Below, one piece after another: positions 51,199 to 62,369 of a stretch of DNA of 64,000 nt (positions are counted from its first letter, which is position 1; every line of letters starts with the position of its first letter). Made by a program: the position numbers and the translations under genes. Below the pieces are notes generated by a model, which saw only the letters and a program-made list of their open reading frames with translations, was not told the origin of the DNA and did no database searches. Origin of the DNA: Macrostomum lignano (Eukaryota); the NCBI GenBank assembly GCA_002269645.1, contig NIVC01001632.1:62001-126000 (forward strand), read 5' to 3'.

Positions 51199-52611
51199 AT
51201 GGCCGCATCGTCATTTAGCATCAGCGCAGAGTACCTTGGCTGGAAGCCGACAGACGGTCTCTGCGGCAGGCAGTTCGTGGAGCCGATCGTCCGCGACATG
51301 CTGGCTAGACGGGGCAGCCAGCGGTACCAGCTCAAGAGACACGTGCTGGAATTCGACAAGCGCAAACTGCGCCTCTGGGAGATGGATCACAGGACGGGCG
51401 GCAGGACCGGCGGCCGCTATCCTTCGGTGCCAGTGGAGGACATCACATTCGCCCTGCAGGAGGACGGCAACACCGACCCCCTGGTGTTCTCGCTCATCCT
51501 GTTCGGTAGGTCAAGCCGCTCTGTGGCAGATCTCACATTGAATCGGCCTCTAAAACAGTCACTAACTCCTTAATATTACCCAGGCTTTAACGAAGAGTCC
51601 AACCGTTCAATTCACACTCACGTGTGGCGCGGCTTCAACCTGGAGTCGGTGTCGGAGTTCACCGGCAGGCTGATCCGCTGTCTGACCAGCCCGGCGCACC
51701 TGCACTCTGTGCGGGAGATGGAGCTGCAGCTGGTCAAGCGAGGCGAGGCGAGGCCTAGCGGCTATTTTGTAGCTGAGGGGCCCGAGCCGGACAGCCGAGG
51801 CGGCGGCCGCGGGAGTCGCGGCAACAGCCGGCCTTCGTCGCTGCTTCAGTCGTCGTCATCGCCGCGGCCGCCGTCATCGCCGCGGCCGCCGTCATCGCCG
51901 CGGCCGCCGTCATCACCGCGGCCGCCGTCATCGCCGCGGCCGCCGTCATCGCCGCAGCCTCCGACGCCACTTCCGCAACAGCAGCCGCAGCAGCCGCCGC
52001 CGCCGCCGCCACCTCCGCAACAGTCACCGCAGGTGATTGGCTCCAGGGTGACGGAGGAATTAAAGCAGCGATTTCTGGACAAAAGCGGTGCGCCACTGCT
52101 GCACCCGCCTTGCGACTACGACACAATAAGCCGTAGCCATGGCAACGTGCTGTTGCGCCGAACGGAGCAGCCGCTCCGCTCCGACTCCAAAGCGCCCACC
52201 GGCGCATACATTCGCCGATCCGATATTCGCGAATCCGACGATACTGTCGACAGAGCCTTCGCCGCTGTCAATGGCAACGGCGGCGCAGACGAAAAGGAAA
52301 TCATGGTTGAGAACGCGGACGACGATCCGCCGCCAGACTATGACAGCTACGATGACGACGACGGGAGCGTCGGTGGCGGAGGCGCGAGCACCGGGACGCT
52401 GGACTCGTCTCGGCTGGGGGCCTCCTTCATCTCCAGCAGCGGCCGGTCGTCCATCAGCGACCACTCGGCCGATCCGGCCAGAGGTTTTTCCACCTGGCGA
52501 CGTCGGCGGGGGCAGCCGCAGCTGCGTCAGTCGCTCCCGGGATGGCAGCCCTCGGCTGAACAACTGCAGCAACAGTCGGTACAGCCTCGGAGACTGCCTA
52601 GCAACCATTGA
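51199..52611 (+). CDS. PTB/PID-domain adaptor-like protein with Pro/Ser/Gln-rich tail
   Basis: Exons 51199-51505 and 51584 onward, phase-1 GT-AG intron. ISAEYLGWKPTDGLCGRQFVEPIVRDML...FSLILFGFNEESNRSIHTHVWRGFNLESVSEFTGRLIRCL fits a PTB fold pattern; followed by PSSPR repeats and poly-P. A possible upstream exon 50464-50558 splices in phase to 51219. The C-terminus may be frameshifted near 52480. Confidence 0.7.
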
Positions 52612-53039
52612 AGCTGATGAGAGATCGCTGCTAGCCCCGCTCGCAGACTCTCAGCTTTCAATTCGTTTCTCTTCGCCAAAGTTCAGCAGCAACGGGTTTC
52701 TCAGTCATTTTCATTTTAGTATCCTTGTCAGGCCTCAAACTAATAGAGACACATTACCCTTGATTTGGTGAGGAGCTGCTTGCTCAACCGTGTTAAATAT
52801 TGTAAAAAAACCATGAACCATGCTATTAGGTTCATGCCATTAGACCATTAGGCAATTCAGGGATATTTTCATTTCATTGTGTTGCTTTCGTAGTTGCTTT
52901 AGAGTGGTTTTAAATTCCATGGTTATTATAAATTGTTCGGAGAAGACAGCCGAATGACCAACCAAAAAAATCCTCCCAGAACCTTGAGAACGGGCCAGTC
53001 AACTATAATCAACAATAGACCAGAGAAAAAGACAACCAT

Positions 53040-54285
53040 TGTCAACATTGTCAACAATAGCCAATTAACAACTAATCACAGACAGTCAACAATAGGCAAT
53101 TAACAACTAATCACAGACAGTCAACAATAGCCAATTAACAACTAATCACAGACAGTCAACAATAGGCAATTAACAACTAATCACAGACAGTCAACAATAG
53201 GCAATTAACAACTAATCACAGACAGTCAACAATAGGCAATTAACAACTAATCACAGACAGTCAACAATAGACAATTAACAACTAATCACAGACAGTAGAC
53301 AATAGGCAATTAACAAATAATCACAGACAGTCAACAATAGACAATTAACAACTAATCACAGACAGTCAACAATAGACAATTAACAACTAATCACAGACAG
53401 TCAACAATAGACAATTAACAACTAATCACAGACAGTAGACAATAGGCAATTAACAAATAATCACAGACAGTCAACAATAGACAATTAACAACTAATCACA
53501 GACAGTCAACAATAGACAATTAACAACTAATCACAGACAGTAGACAATAGGCAATTAACAAATAATCACAGACAGTCAACAATAGACAATTAACAACTAA
53601 TCACAGACAGTCAACAATAGACAATTAACAACTAATCACAGACAGTCAACAATAGACAATTAACAACTAATCACAGACAGTAGACAATAGGCAATTAACA
53701 AATAATCACAGACAGTCAACAATAGACAATTAACAACTAATCACAGACAGTCAACAATAGACAATTAACAACTAATCACAGACAGTCAACAATAGGCAAT
53801 TAACAACTAATCACAGACAGTAAACAATAGGCAATTAACAACTAATCACAGACAGTCAACAATAGACAATTAACAACTAATCACAGACAGTAGACAATAG
53901 GCAATTAACAAATAATCACAGACAGTCAACAATAGACAATTAACAACTAATCACAGACAGTCAACAATAGACAATTAACAACTAATCACAGACAGTCAAC
54001 AATAGGCAATTAACAACTAATCACAGACAGTAAACAATAGGCAATTAACAACTAATCACAGACAGTCAACAATAGACAATTAACAACTAATCACAGACAG
54101 TAGACAATAGGCAATTAACAAATAATCACAGACAGTCAACAATAAGCAATTAACAACTAATCACAGACAGTCAACAATAGGCAATTAACAACTAATCACA
54201 GACAGTAAACAATAGGCAATTAACAACTAATCACAGACAGTCAACAATAGACAATTAACAACTAATCACAGACAGTCAACAATAG
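53040..54285. repeat. 35-bp satellite (gtcaacaatag[g/a]caattaacaactaatcacagaca), ~35 copies
   Basis: Direct periodicity; variant units recur in short cycles. Confidence 0.95.
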
Positions 54286-57253
54286 CCTTCCATCCGAGAA
54301 GAGACAGCAGATGCTCTACAAGATAAGCTCTTTTATGCTTGTTCCCTGCTCTTGTCTCCCGCTTATCGTGAATTCCCATTTTAAAGCGATATATTCAGAG
54401 CTAAGTTAAAATTGCTTGAGCAAGAACTTCCGGAACAAAGTCGGCTCTTAGCTGTCATTTTGTTTTAACTGGCATTTTAATACAGTAGATACGGTGCCTG
54501 CTGCTAATTCTATTTCTGTATAAAGTATTTTGTGCGCGATTGGGCAAACTCAAACATATCCAAACTGTTCAACCCTTCTTGCGTCAAAAGAGCTGATCCC
54601 AATTGTCTCTTTGAAAGCTGCGAGAGAGACATCATCTGATTTTACCTCAAGTAAACAATTATTTAAATGTTAGGCGAACAATTGCTGGCAACATTGCTAG
54701 ATAAATTTTTGTAAGAATTTTTTTCTATTTTTGTTTATTTGCTTTGTACAAAACTTAAGCCTCCAAATTTCATCAGCTCTGACTTTGTTGGTCACTGGAA
54801 TTCATCCACCCAGAGCTTCCGGACCTTCAACAGGTGGCACCAGGTGACTATAGACGCTCTAGTGCGAATTTCTCTGGTTTCGCTGATCAAGCCTCAACTG
54901 CTAGACATCTTCAGCTAGACTCTCAAGCATTCTGTCATCATCCCGATGCCGTCGGCACCTTCAACAGGTGGCACCATGGTGACTATGAACTTGCCTTGAC
55001 TAAAGCAGAGTTTCCGAAAATCAAAAATAATCAATAGTGAGTTTCGAACTTTCTCGGAGCAAATTATTATTGTAAGAACTTTTCACGGCTCCCACCCACG
55101 GGTTGCGGTATACTTGACAAACGCTGGCTGTTGCAGAGTGCCAGAAAGATGAAGCGAGTGCAGAAGCCGTCAGCTCAGTACGTGGTGGCGCACGCACTGT
55201 GTCGCACTTTGGTGCCGACCTGACATAAACAATTACACACAGTTGTGAGAGATGGGCGTGGGTAGCGAGCAGTCTTTAAATAATAGAAGCAGTTCATTCA
55301 CAATGCACCAAAGTGCTACGCAGTAAGGGGGCTGGCAGTGTCTCTTCTTACTCTTATTATTGTAATGGCTTTCTCTCCCTCTCTTCCCTCCCTCTGGTTT
55401 TATTTTTGACAAAACTTTTAACTGGCAGTGCTGACGTCACACAGTGCCAGTGAATGTAATGCAGCACTGTGGCAGATACTCTGTGCAAGTGGCACAGGTA
55501 GGTTAAGCAGAACCGAAGCTGGAGAGAGAGAGATAGAGACTCAAAGTTCAATAGCTAGCAAAGCTTTGAAGGCCTCAAGCTCTTTCAGTTGATGTAGCTT
55601 GTGATGTAGCAACGCGTCTGCCTCTTTCATATTGAGGCTGCCTCTCTCTCTCTCGCTCTCTCTCTCGTCTAAAAACGCAAGGGCCATTACACAAAAGCAT
55701 TACTGACTCCTCAGCAAAATAGAGGCAAATAATTACAAAAAATTTCTGCATTTTTTATGCTTGCAATCGTGGAGATGAGGGTTTGTAGGAAGTACATCAC
55801 AGCGCAGATTAATTAGTGAAACAATCAAAAAGTGGCTAATGACTCCCACTGTTGTATAAGAGGACGTAAACCTCAAAGATACACTGCGCTCATGGGACAA
55901 AACCATTTTTCATCACATAATCAAATATTTAATTTTATATGGAGCAGTGGAGCTTACCATTATTTTAATTTAGCATGCACGATATGTTACTTTGATGTAC
56001 TGTATGTATTGAAAAGTGTCATTTTTCATATTATTATAATTCTTTTAATAAATACTCACAAGTGGCATCACTAGCTTAACTTTTTTGTCTTTGTTCCTTC
56101 TTGAATCAAGTATATTTGTAATAAAAATGTCGCATTCAGGTACTTTCAAGCCATTATTGTAGATATGATTCCATTTAGTTCACACATACACAGTTAGTGT
56201 GATGACTGCTAATGAACCTTGAGCAGACTAGATATTGACTCGCAGTTACCCAGATATTGTCTTCGGTATTTTGCAACCACCGTTAATTAAATCGCTTGAA
56301 AGCCTGATTAATTTAGTAAGTAAAAAATCATAGAATAAAGTTATTTTTACGTACTGCCACTTAAAGTAGCATGGTGGAGATGTGATAAAAAAACGTTCCT
56401 CCCGTTGCACAAAAGATTTTTGCTCTGCTTGTCACAGGACTTGATTTACAAGATCGAGGGGAGAGAGCCATTTTCAGTGGCAGGGCAAACACCCGCTCTC
56501 TGCATGAGCACCCTGCATGGTCAGGTGACTAAACTGCTATCTATTTATTCTTTCTATTGTCCAACTGGCAGCAGCGGCGAGAGGGCGAGAGGGCGAGAGG
56601 GCGAGAGGGCACTTGAGGCCAGAGCCCGAGTATTATTCGATAGTAACCCGCAGCTTCTTCGCCATCATAGCCCGCGAGGCAATAAAGTACACCTGTGATA
56701 TCATTGCAAAAAAGCAACGGTGCTTTTTGATGACGCGAGTCTGGTCTAAAAAAGGCTGGCGTTTATGACGAAATTCTGAATTTAGATTGCATCTTGAGGC
56801 CCACATCTACCTGGATTGGTTTGGGGCTCTACGTATAAAGCTGACAAAACTGTCTGGAGCAGTTAGAGCAAATTCAACCCTCCTTTGACTGCGTGACAAA
56901 ACCCTATCTATGTCAACACTGCTGCCACTGATCAACCGACCGAAGTCTTCGGCTGGCCTGCCGCGCAGGTCGGGAGCCATGGCACCGGCTGATGCAGCTA
57001 ATGATGCTGCGGCCAACAGGTGAGAAGAGAACCGCTCAACTTAAAAAATCCGCAACCAAAATAAACAAACATAACCGTTAGGTAGCCATCGAGAACCATT
57101 CACTGACAACCACAAATGACAATTGAACGAATTTCAAGTTCCATATGGTATTACTACTTGTTACATTTGCTATTACACACTCAAGGTAGCTATGTGGGAA
57201 TGCTCTTTTTTCAAAGACTTCGTTCGTGTATACTGCCCAATATGAGTTGCACA

Positions 57254-57800
<547 letters not shown>

Positions 57801-57824
57801 TACCGTACGATAATTAGGGAATAT

Positions 57825-58847
57825 ATGCCAACTTTGACCCCTCAACAAACATCCATCCGCCCTCTGAGCAGCCGGTCGCGTCTCCCGAGTCTCGCCGGCG
57901 CCGTCTCGTGTCTCAGCCGGCAGCCCAGCCGGCTCTGGTCCACCGGCCCGCCGGACCGACCGCCCTGCGTCATCGGCGAGGGCGCATTCGGCCGCGTACT
58001 TCGCGGCACTTTCAAAGGCCAGCCAGCGGCCATTAAAGAGGTCGGCGAACGGCCGAATGCGCGTCGACGCTGGCGCGGACCCGGCGACAGTCCAGATCAT
58101 GACTATCGGCGGGAGATTCGCGGCGCCGAGTTCCTACTGAAGCTCAGCCACGAAAACGTGGTCCGCTACCTGCACTTTGACAGCAGCAGCGAGCCCGGCC
58201 TGCTGTACGTTGTCATGGAGCTGATCGACGGCCGGAATCTCGCTGAGTTGAGACGGAAAGGGCCCTTCAGCGAAGACGATTTGCGATCGCTCATGACTCA
58301 GGTGAGTAAAAATCGTTCTCACTCGGCTTGGATGTTTTGGAGTTTAGACCCCAATCAGCAACCAAGCTTTATCTTTCAACCCTGTTAGACCTGCTGCGGC
58401 TTGCACTACCTGCACAGCCGGCAGCCGTCAATCATTCACCGCGACGTCAAGGGCTCCAACATCATGCTGTCGAGCCGGGACAACGTGGCCAAAATCGTTG
58501 ACCTCGGCCTGGCGGTCCAGGGCGCGCCAGCTGTCAGCCACTCGCTGGCTGGCACGCATCGCTTCATGGCGCCAGAGGTCTACGAGACCCGGGCTTACTC
58601 CACCAAGTCTGACGTGTTCGCTCTGGGCTGCGCCCTCTTCGAGTTGCAGTGCGGCCAGCCACCTCACTCGGACAAGTCCAACGGGATGGCCGTCTGTTAC
58701 GCGGTGATGTACAGCCCGATGCCTCGGCTGCCTGATGGTTGTAATCGCCGACTGGTGGACTTTTACGATCGGTGCACCAGAAAAGACCCGATTGAGCGGC
58801 CAACTGCTAAAGAGCTGCTGGGACACACCTTTCTGGTTGGAGCTTGA
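57825..58847 (+). CDS. Ser/Thr protein kinase (compact, 2 exons; MAP3K/TKL-like mix of motifs)
   Basis: Exons 57825-58301 and 58389-58847 (phase 0, GTGAGT..TAG). Motifs GEGAFG, AIK, E(alphaC), HENVVRY, HRDVKGSN, DLG, GTHRFMAPE, SDVFALG, ERPTAKELLGH. Confidence 0.92.
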
Positions 58848-58880
58848 TTCTATCATTCTCAAACCGGGAATGTTGCCACC

Positions 58881-59365
58881 CGGAAGGATTCCAACCGGAA
58901 GGATTCCAACTGGAAGGATTCCAACCGGAAAGATTCCAACCGGAAAGATTCCAACCGGAAGGATTCTAACCGGAAGGATTCCAACCGGAAGGATTCCAAC
59001 CGGAAGGATTCCAACCGGAAGGATTCCAACCGGAAGGATTCCAACCGGAAGGATTCCAACCGGAAGGATTCCAACCGGAAGGATTCCAACCGGAAGGATT
59101 CCAACTGGAAGGATTCCAACCGGAAGGATTCCAACTGGAAGGATTCCAACCGGAAGGATTCCAACTGGAAGGATTCCAACCGGAAGGATTCCAACTGGAA
59201 GGATTCCAACCGGGAAGGATTCCAACCGGGAAGGATTCCAACTGGAAGGATTCCAACCGGGAAGGATTCCAACCGGAAGGATTCCAACAGGAAGGATTCC
59301 AACCGGGAAGGATTCCAACCGGAAGGATTCCAACCGGAAGGATTCCAACAGGAAGGTTTCCAACT
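58881..59365. repeat. 15-bp minisatellite (cggaaggattccaac)n, ~32 copies
   Basis: Direct reading; starts ~30 nt after the kinase stop codon. Confidence 0.97.
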
Positions 59366-59850
59366 GAGAAGGTTAACCAAAACTGCACAAAGTACCTACT
59401 GCTGACACCTGTGATGTCACTGATTTGCTCAATTTCGCATGCATCAACAAATTTAACCACAGATTTTTTAATTGGAACTAATTGAAACTTTTTGGCCCGT
59501 TCTTTACATCCAGCTTTGAAAGGCAATAAAAGCAAGCCAAGACAATCTGCATTTTCCACTGCAGGCTTTTCAATTTTTTTGTAAAAATGTAAATATATTC
59601 CTAAATGAAGATTGTTAAACAGATTTTCTATATAGAGACCGTTTGATTTTTTCTTCTAATTCAACTTTTGAACAACTAGCAATCATTTGAAGCTCTAACT
59701 ATTCCCAGAAATTTCCATACCTGTGCGTAATACTCTACTACTACTATTGACCAATAAGTAGGCAGAACTGTTGTTTATTTTGTACTTTGCCCGAAAAGAA
59801 CCGCATTCGAAAAAACACAGTCCGGGAAAACTCATCCCTCAAAAGTTCTC

Positions 59851-60085
59851 TCAAGAATTGCGCGCCGCCTTGACAGCCTTGGCAATTTTGCCAACAACCT
59901 TGGCAGTTCTGATCACCATACCGAAGAGGCCTCTCTCCCCTGTCAGGGCGGACGCGTCCACGTCGGACATGGCCCGCATAGCGGCCAAGTTCTCAGCCTC
60001 CTCCTGGTTTGAGTCGCTATTGGTTGGGAGCGGCCGCGGCCAGGGCTGCGCAGAGCAGAAATCCGAGAGCGAGCTGCCACTTCAT
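59851..60085 (-). CDS. Putative antimicrobial/cytolytic peptide precursor (signal + acidic propiece + cationic amphipathic helix), with one +1 frameshift in a C3 run
   Basis: Removing one base from the GGG at 60026-60028 gives MKWQLALGFLLCAALAAAAPTNSDSNQEEAENLAAMRAMSDVDASALTGER-GLFGMVIRTAKVVGKIAKAVKAARNS* (77 aa). AATAAA lies ~70 nt after the stop (+ strand tttatt 59774-59779). Confidence 0.7.
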
Positions 60086-60591
60086 GATTGAGTCTGTTGG
60101 GCTGCCTGCTGATGAAGCTGAGAGTCTGCGATTGAGCTGGCTGAATTGTCTGCATTTATGCTCAAAATTCGGCACGTTTTTCCTGAGCTTGGAATGCTCT
60201 GTTTGACCTCGACACTTTCACGTGTTAAGGACTTGACATTTATTGCACTTTACAGCAATTTAATGGCCAAGCAGTGTCAATCTTAGCTAGGTAAACTTTG
60301 CTCAAAATCTACTCAATAGACTGTTTGATGAAGCTGCCACTGTCTCACTATTTGCCCTATCTAAAGTTAGTTCCAGCCCAAGCGTTGTTGTATGCACTAC
60401 TTTATTAACGAATACGTTTGAGGCAGAAGTTAAACAAATAATTTTTTCTACAATAGGATTGTAACATTAACAACTAAATTAGAAGGACGTTATTCATTGG
60501 ACACATACACGAAATTCATTGGAAAATTTATCATTGCAATAGGATGTTGTCACCTTTTATGGGCACTGTAGCGCCGAGTGCAAAAAATTCA

Positions 60592-61107
60592 GGGGGGTTT
60601 CACTAGGCCGAAATTTCACTTCGCCGAAAGCATCTTCCTTCACTAGGCCGAAACTAACATGATAACATTAAAGTGAATCTTAGAGCCATGCATATTCTAC
60701 AAATCGGAATCCAGGCAAATCTGCATGCTTTCAAAGGAGCCATAAAAACATACAAGCACTCTATAACTTAAAAGTCCATCCGACTGAGACAGAAAATGCA
60801 ATGAAAATAATAAGCAATCAGAGTTCACCCCCAAATGAAGTCAGAAATGTCGAAAATATTCAATACAAAAAAACTGAGTGACCATATCGTGCTGCCACTT
60901 TGGTAGCAGAGTAACACTGAGGTCAAAATAAAGAAACTGGTGCAGAGAAATCGTCACTGCGCTTGCGGTTCCATTTTGGAGGCTTAAGTTCACACCCCCT
61001 TTCGACCATAGTCAGGACGCTGCTAAAATGATTTTTCGGCAAATGTGAACTTTCGGCCTAGTGAAAGAGAGTGCTTTTCGGCAAAGTGAAACTAATGAAA
61101 GCGCCCC
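60592..61107. mobile_element. MITE (516 bp) with GG-starting TIRs and 8-bp TSD; Merlin- or Mutator-like
   Basis: TSD AAAATTCA at 60584-60591 and 61108-61115; ~60-bp imperfect TIRs built from ttcactaggccgaaa / ttcact(t/c)gccgaaa sub-repeats. Confidence 0.7.
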
Positions 61108-61492
61108 AAAATTCAAACCAAATGTCTGAACTTCTGAATTAAACTTCGCCAGCCCCCAAGGCCAAGTGTACATCCCTGACGATTAGAAAGTCTCAGCGCT
61201 GGTTGTGGAACCGATGTCGCCCGCACTCCTCTTGTAATTACGAGCGTATGATGACGTCATGATTATGTCGACAGTTTAAAAAGACTTTGACTTCCACGAG
61301 AAAACTACTATAATCGCATAATATTACTATATAGTAGCTATTAGCTGATATTGCCGCACGAAATAAACTCTGAAATGAAATCAACTTGTTATATTATTTA
61401 TTTACGCTCTTGTATTTTAGCCAATGAGCTCGTGGTTCGAAAGTATTGTGACACATTCAGGTTTTAGCGAACTGTCAGACTTCCGAGGGTCT

Positions 61493-61621
61493 TCAGTTGG
61501 CGATGGCGTGGGCGACTTTTTTGATGTTCCTGATGACGCGTACCACCTTCCTGATGCGGATGCCCTTCTTGGCCAGAGTCTGTTGCTGGGCGAGCTGATG
61601 AACCTGAGAGTCTGCGATTGA
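61493..61621 (-). CDS. Second cationic amphipathic peptide locus (KK-GIRIRKVVRVIRNIKKVAHAIAN*); paralog of 59851-60085, 5' structure unresolved
   Basis: Mature-like peptide at 61564-61493. The 46-nt segment 61576-61621 matches 60090-60135 at 39/46. AATAAA ~90 nt after the stop (61397-61402). No adjacent signal/propiece; possibly a deletion derivative or differently spliced. Confidence 0.55.
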   Translation of the reverse strand, partial: SIADSQVHQLAQQQTLAKKGIRIRKVVRVIRNIKKVAHAIAN

Positions 61622-62369
61622 CTTTCTTGGACTTTGGCAACGAACTTGTTTGTACTTTTGTGTTGGGCAAAGAGTGATTGATACTTTCTCACACAATTCA
61701 TTGTTTACCTCACCTTCATTGTGATTGCCCTGCCTCAGTTTTTGTGTTACCTGACGGTTCTGCGTAAAAGCAATCAGAGCAAACGTAAGTTTATGTCTCT
61801 GGAAGTCAATGGATAAAGTCACTATAAGATTGAGTACAATCATGTTATTACGTTTATATCTCAAAGCAGTTTTTCGACGGTGTGACTTCTAAGACTACCT
61901 ACCAATTTCTTTGTAGCAACAATAATTTGTATCTTGATTGATATTCAACCCATGTCTAACCAGAAATGATCCAAGAAGTTCATCTATACGACCCAACATG
62001 ACCATGCACCTTTTTGCTTTTCATCTCGTAGGTATACGAGCTACTTTTTTACGTGAAGCTTTGCTAGCAACTCAGGTGCTTGCATAGATTTGTGCACAGT
62101 TTGCGTCAAAATTCAGAAATTTAACGGAAGGAAGCTTTTCCGTCTCGTAAATTTTATTAGAAAAGGCACAGATTGCAGTTTCACAGCACATTCCACTGCA
62201 TTATGCAGGCTTCTGAGCCGCCCACAGCCACGAGACGAGTGCCTTCTGATAGGAATTTCAAGCTGGAAATTTTGCACGGACCGTGGAACACTCGAAATTG
62301 AGCCTGCGGAAAGCGAAAACGTTTGTAGCGATGACACGCATGCTTGCATCAATCCTTGCAGCTATGATC

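Noticed and set aside
56807-57040. Possible minus-strand exon (LLAAASLAASAGAMAPDLRG...)
   Set aside because: Plausible splice sites but no partner exons or recognisable domain.
58428-59559. VGILP/GRIPT/LESFR repeat ORFs
   Set aside because: Translations of the 15-bp minisatellite after the kinase stop.
61006-61017. 12-mer ccatagtcagga identical to the TIR at 4978
   Set aside because: Isolated match inside another MITE with no partner TIR or TSD; could be chance.
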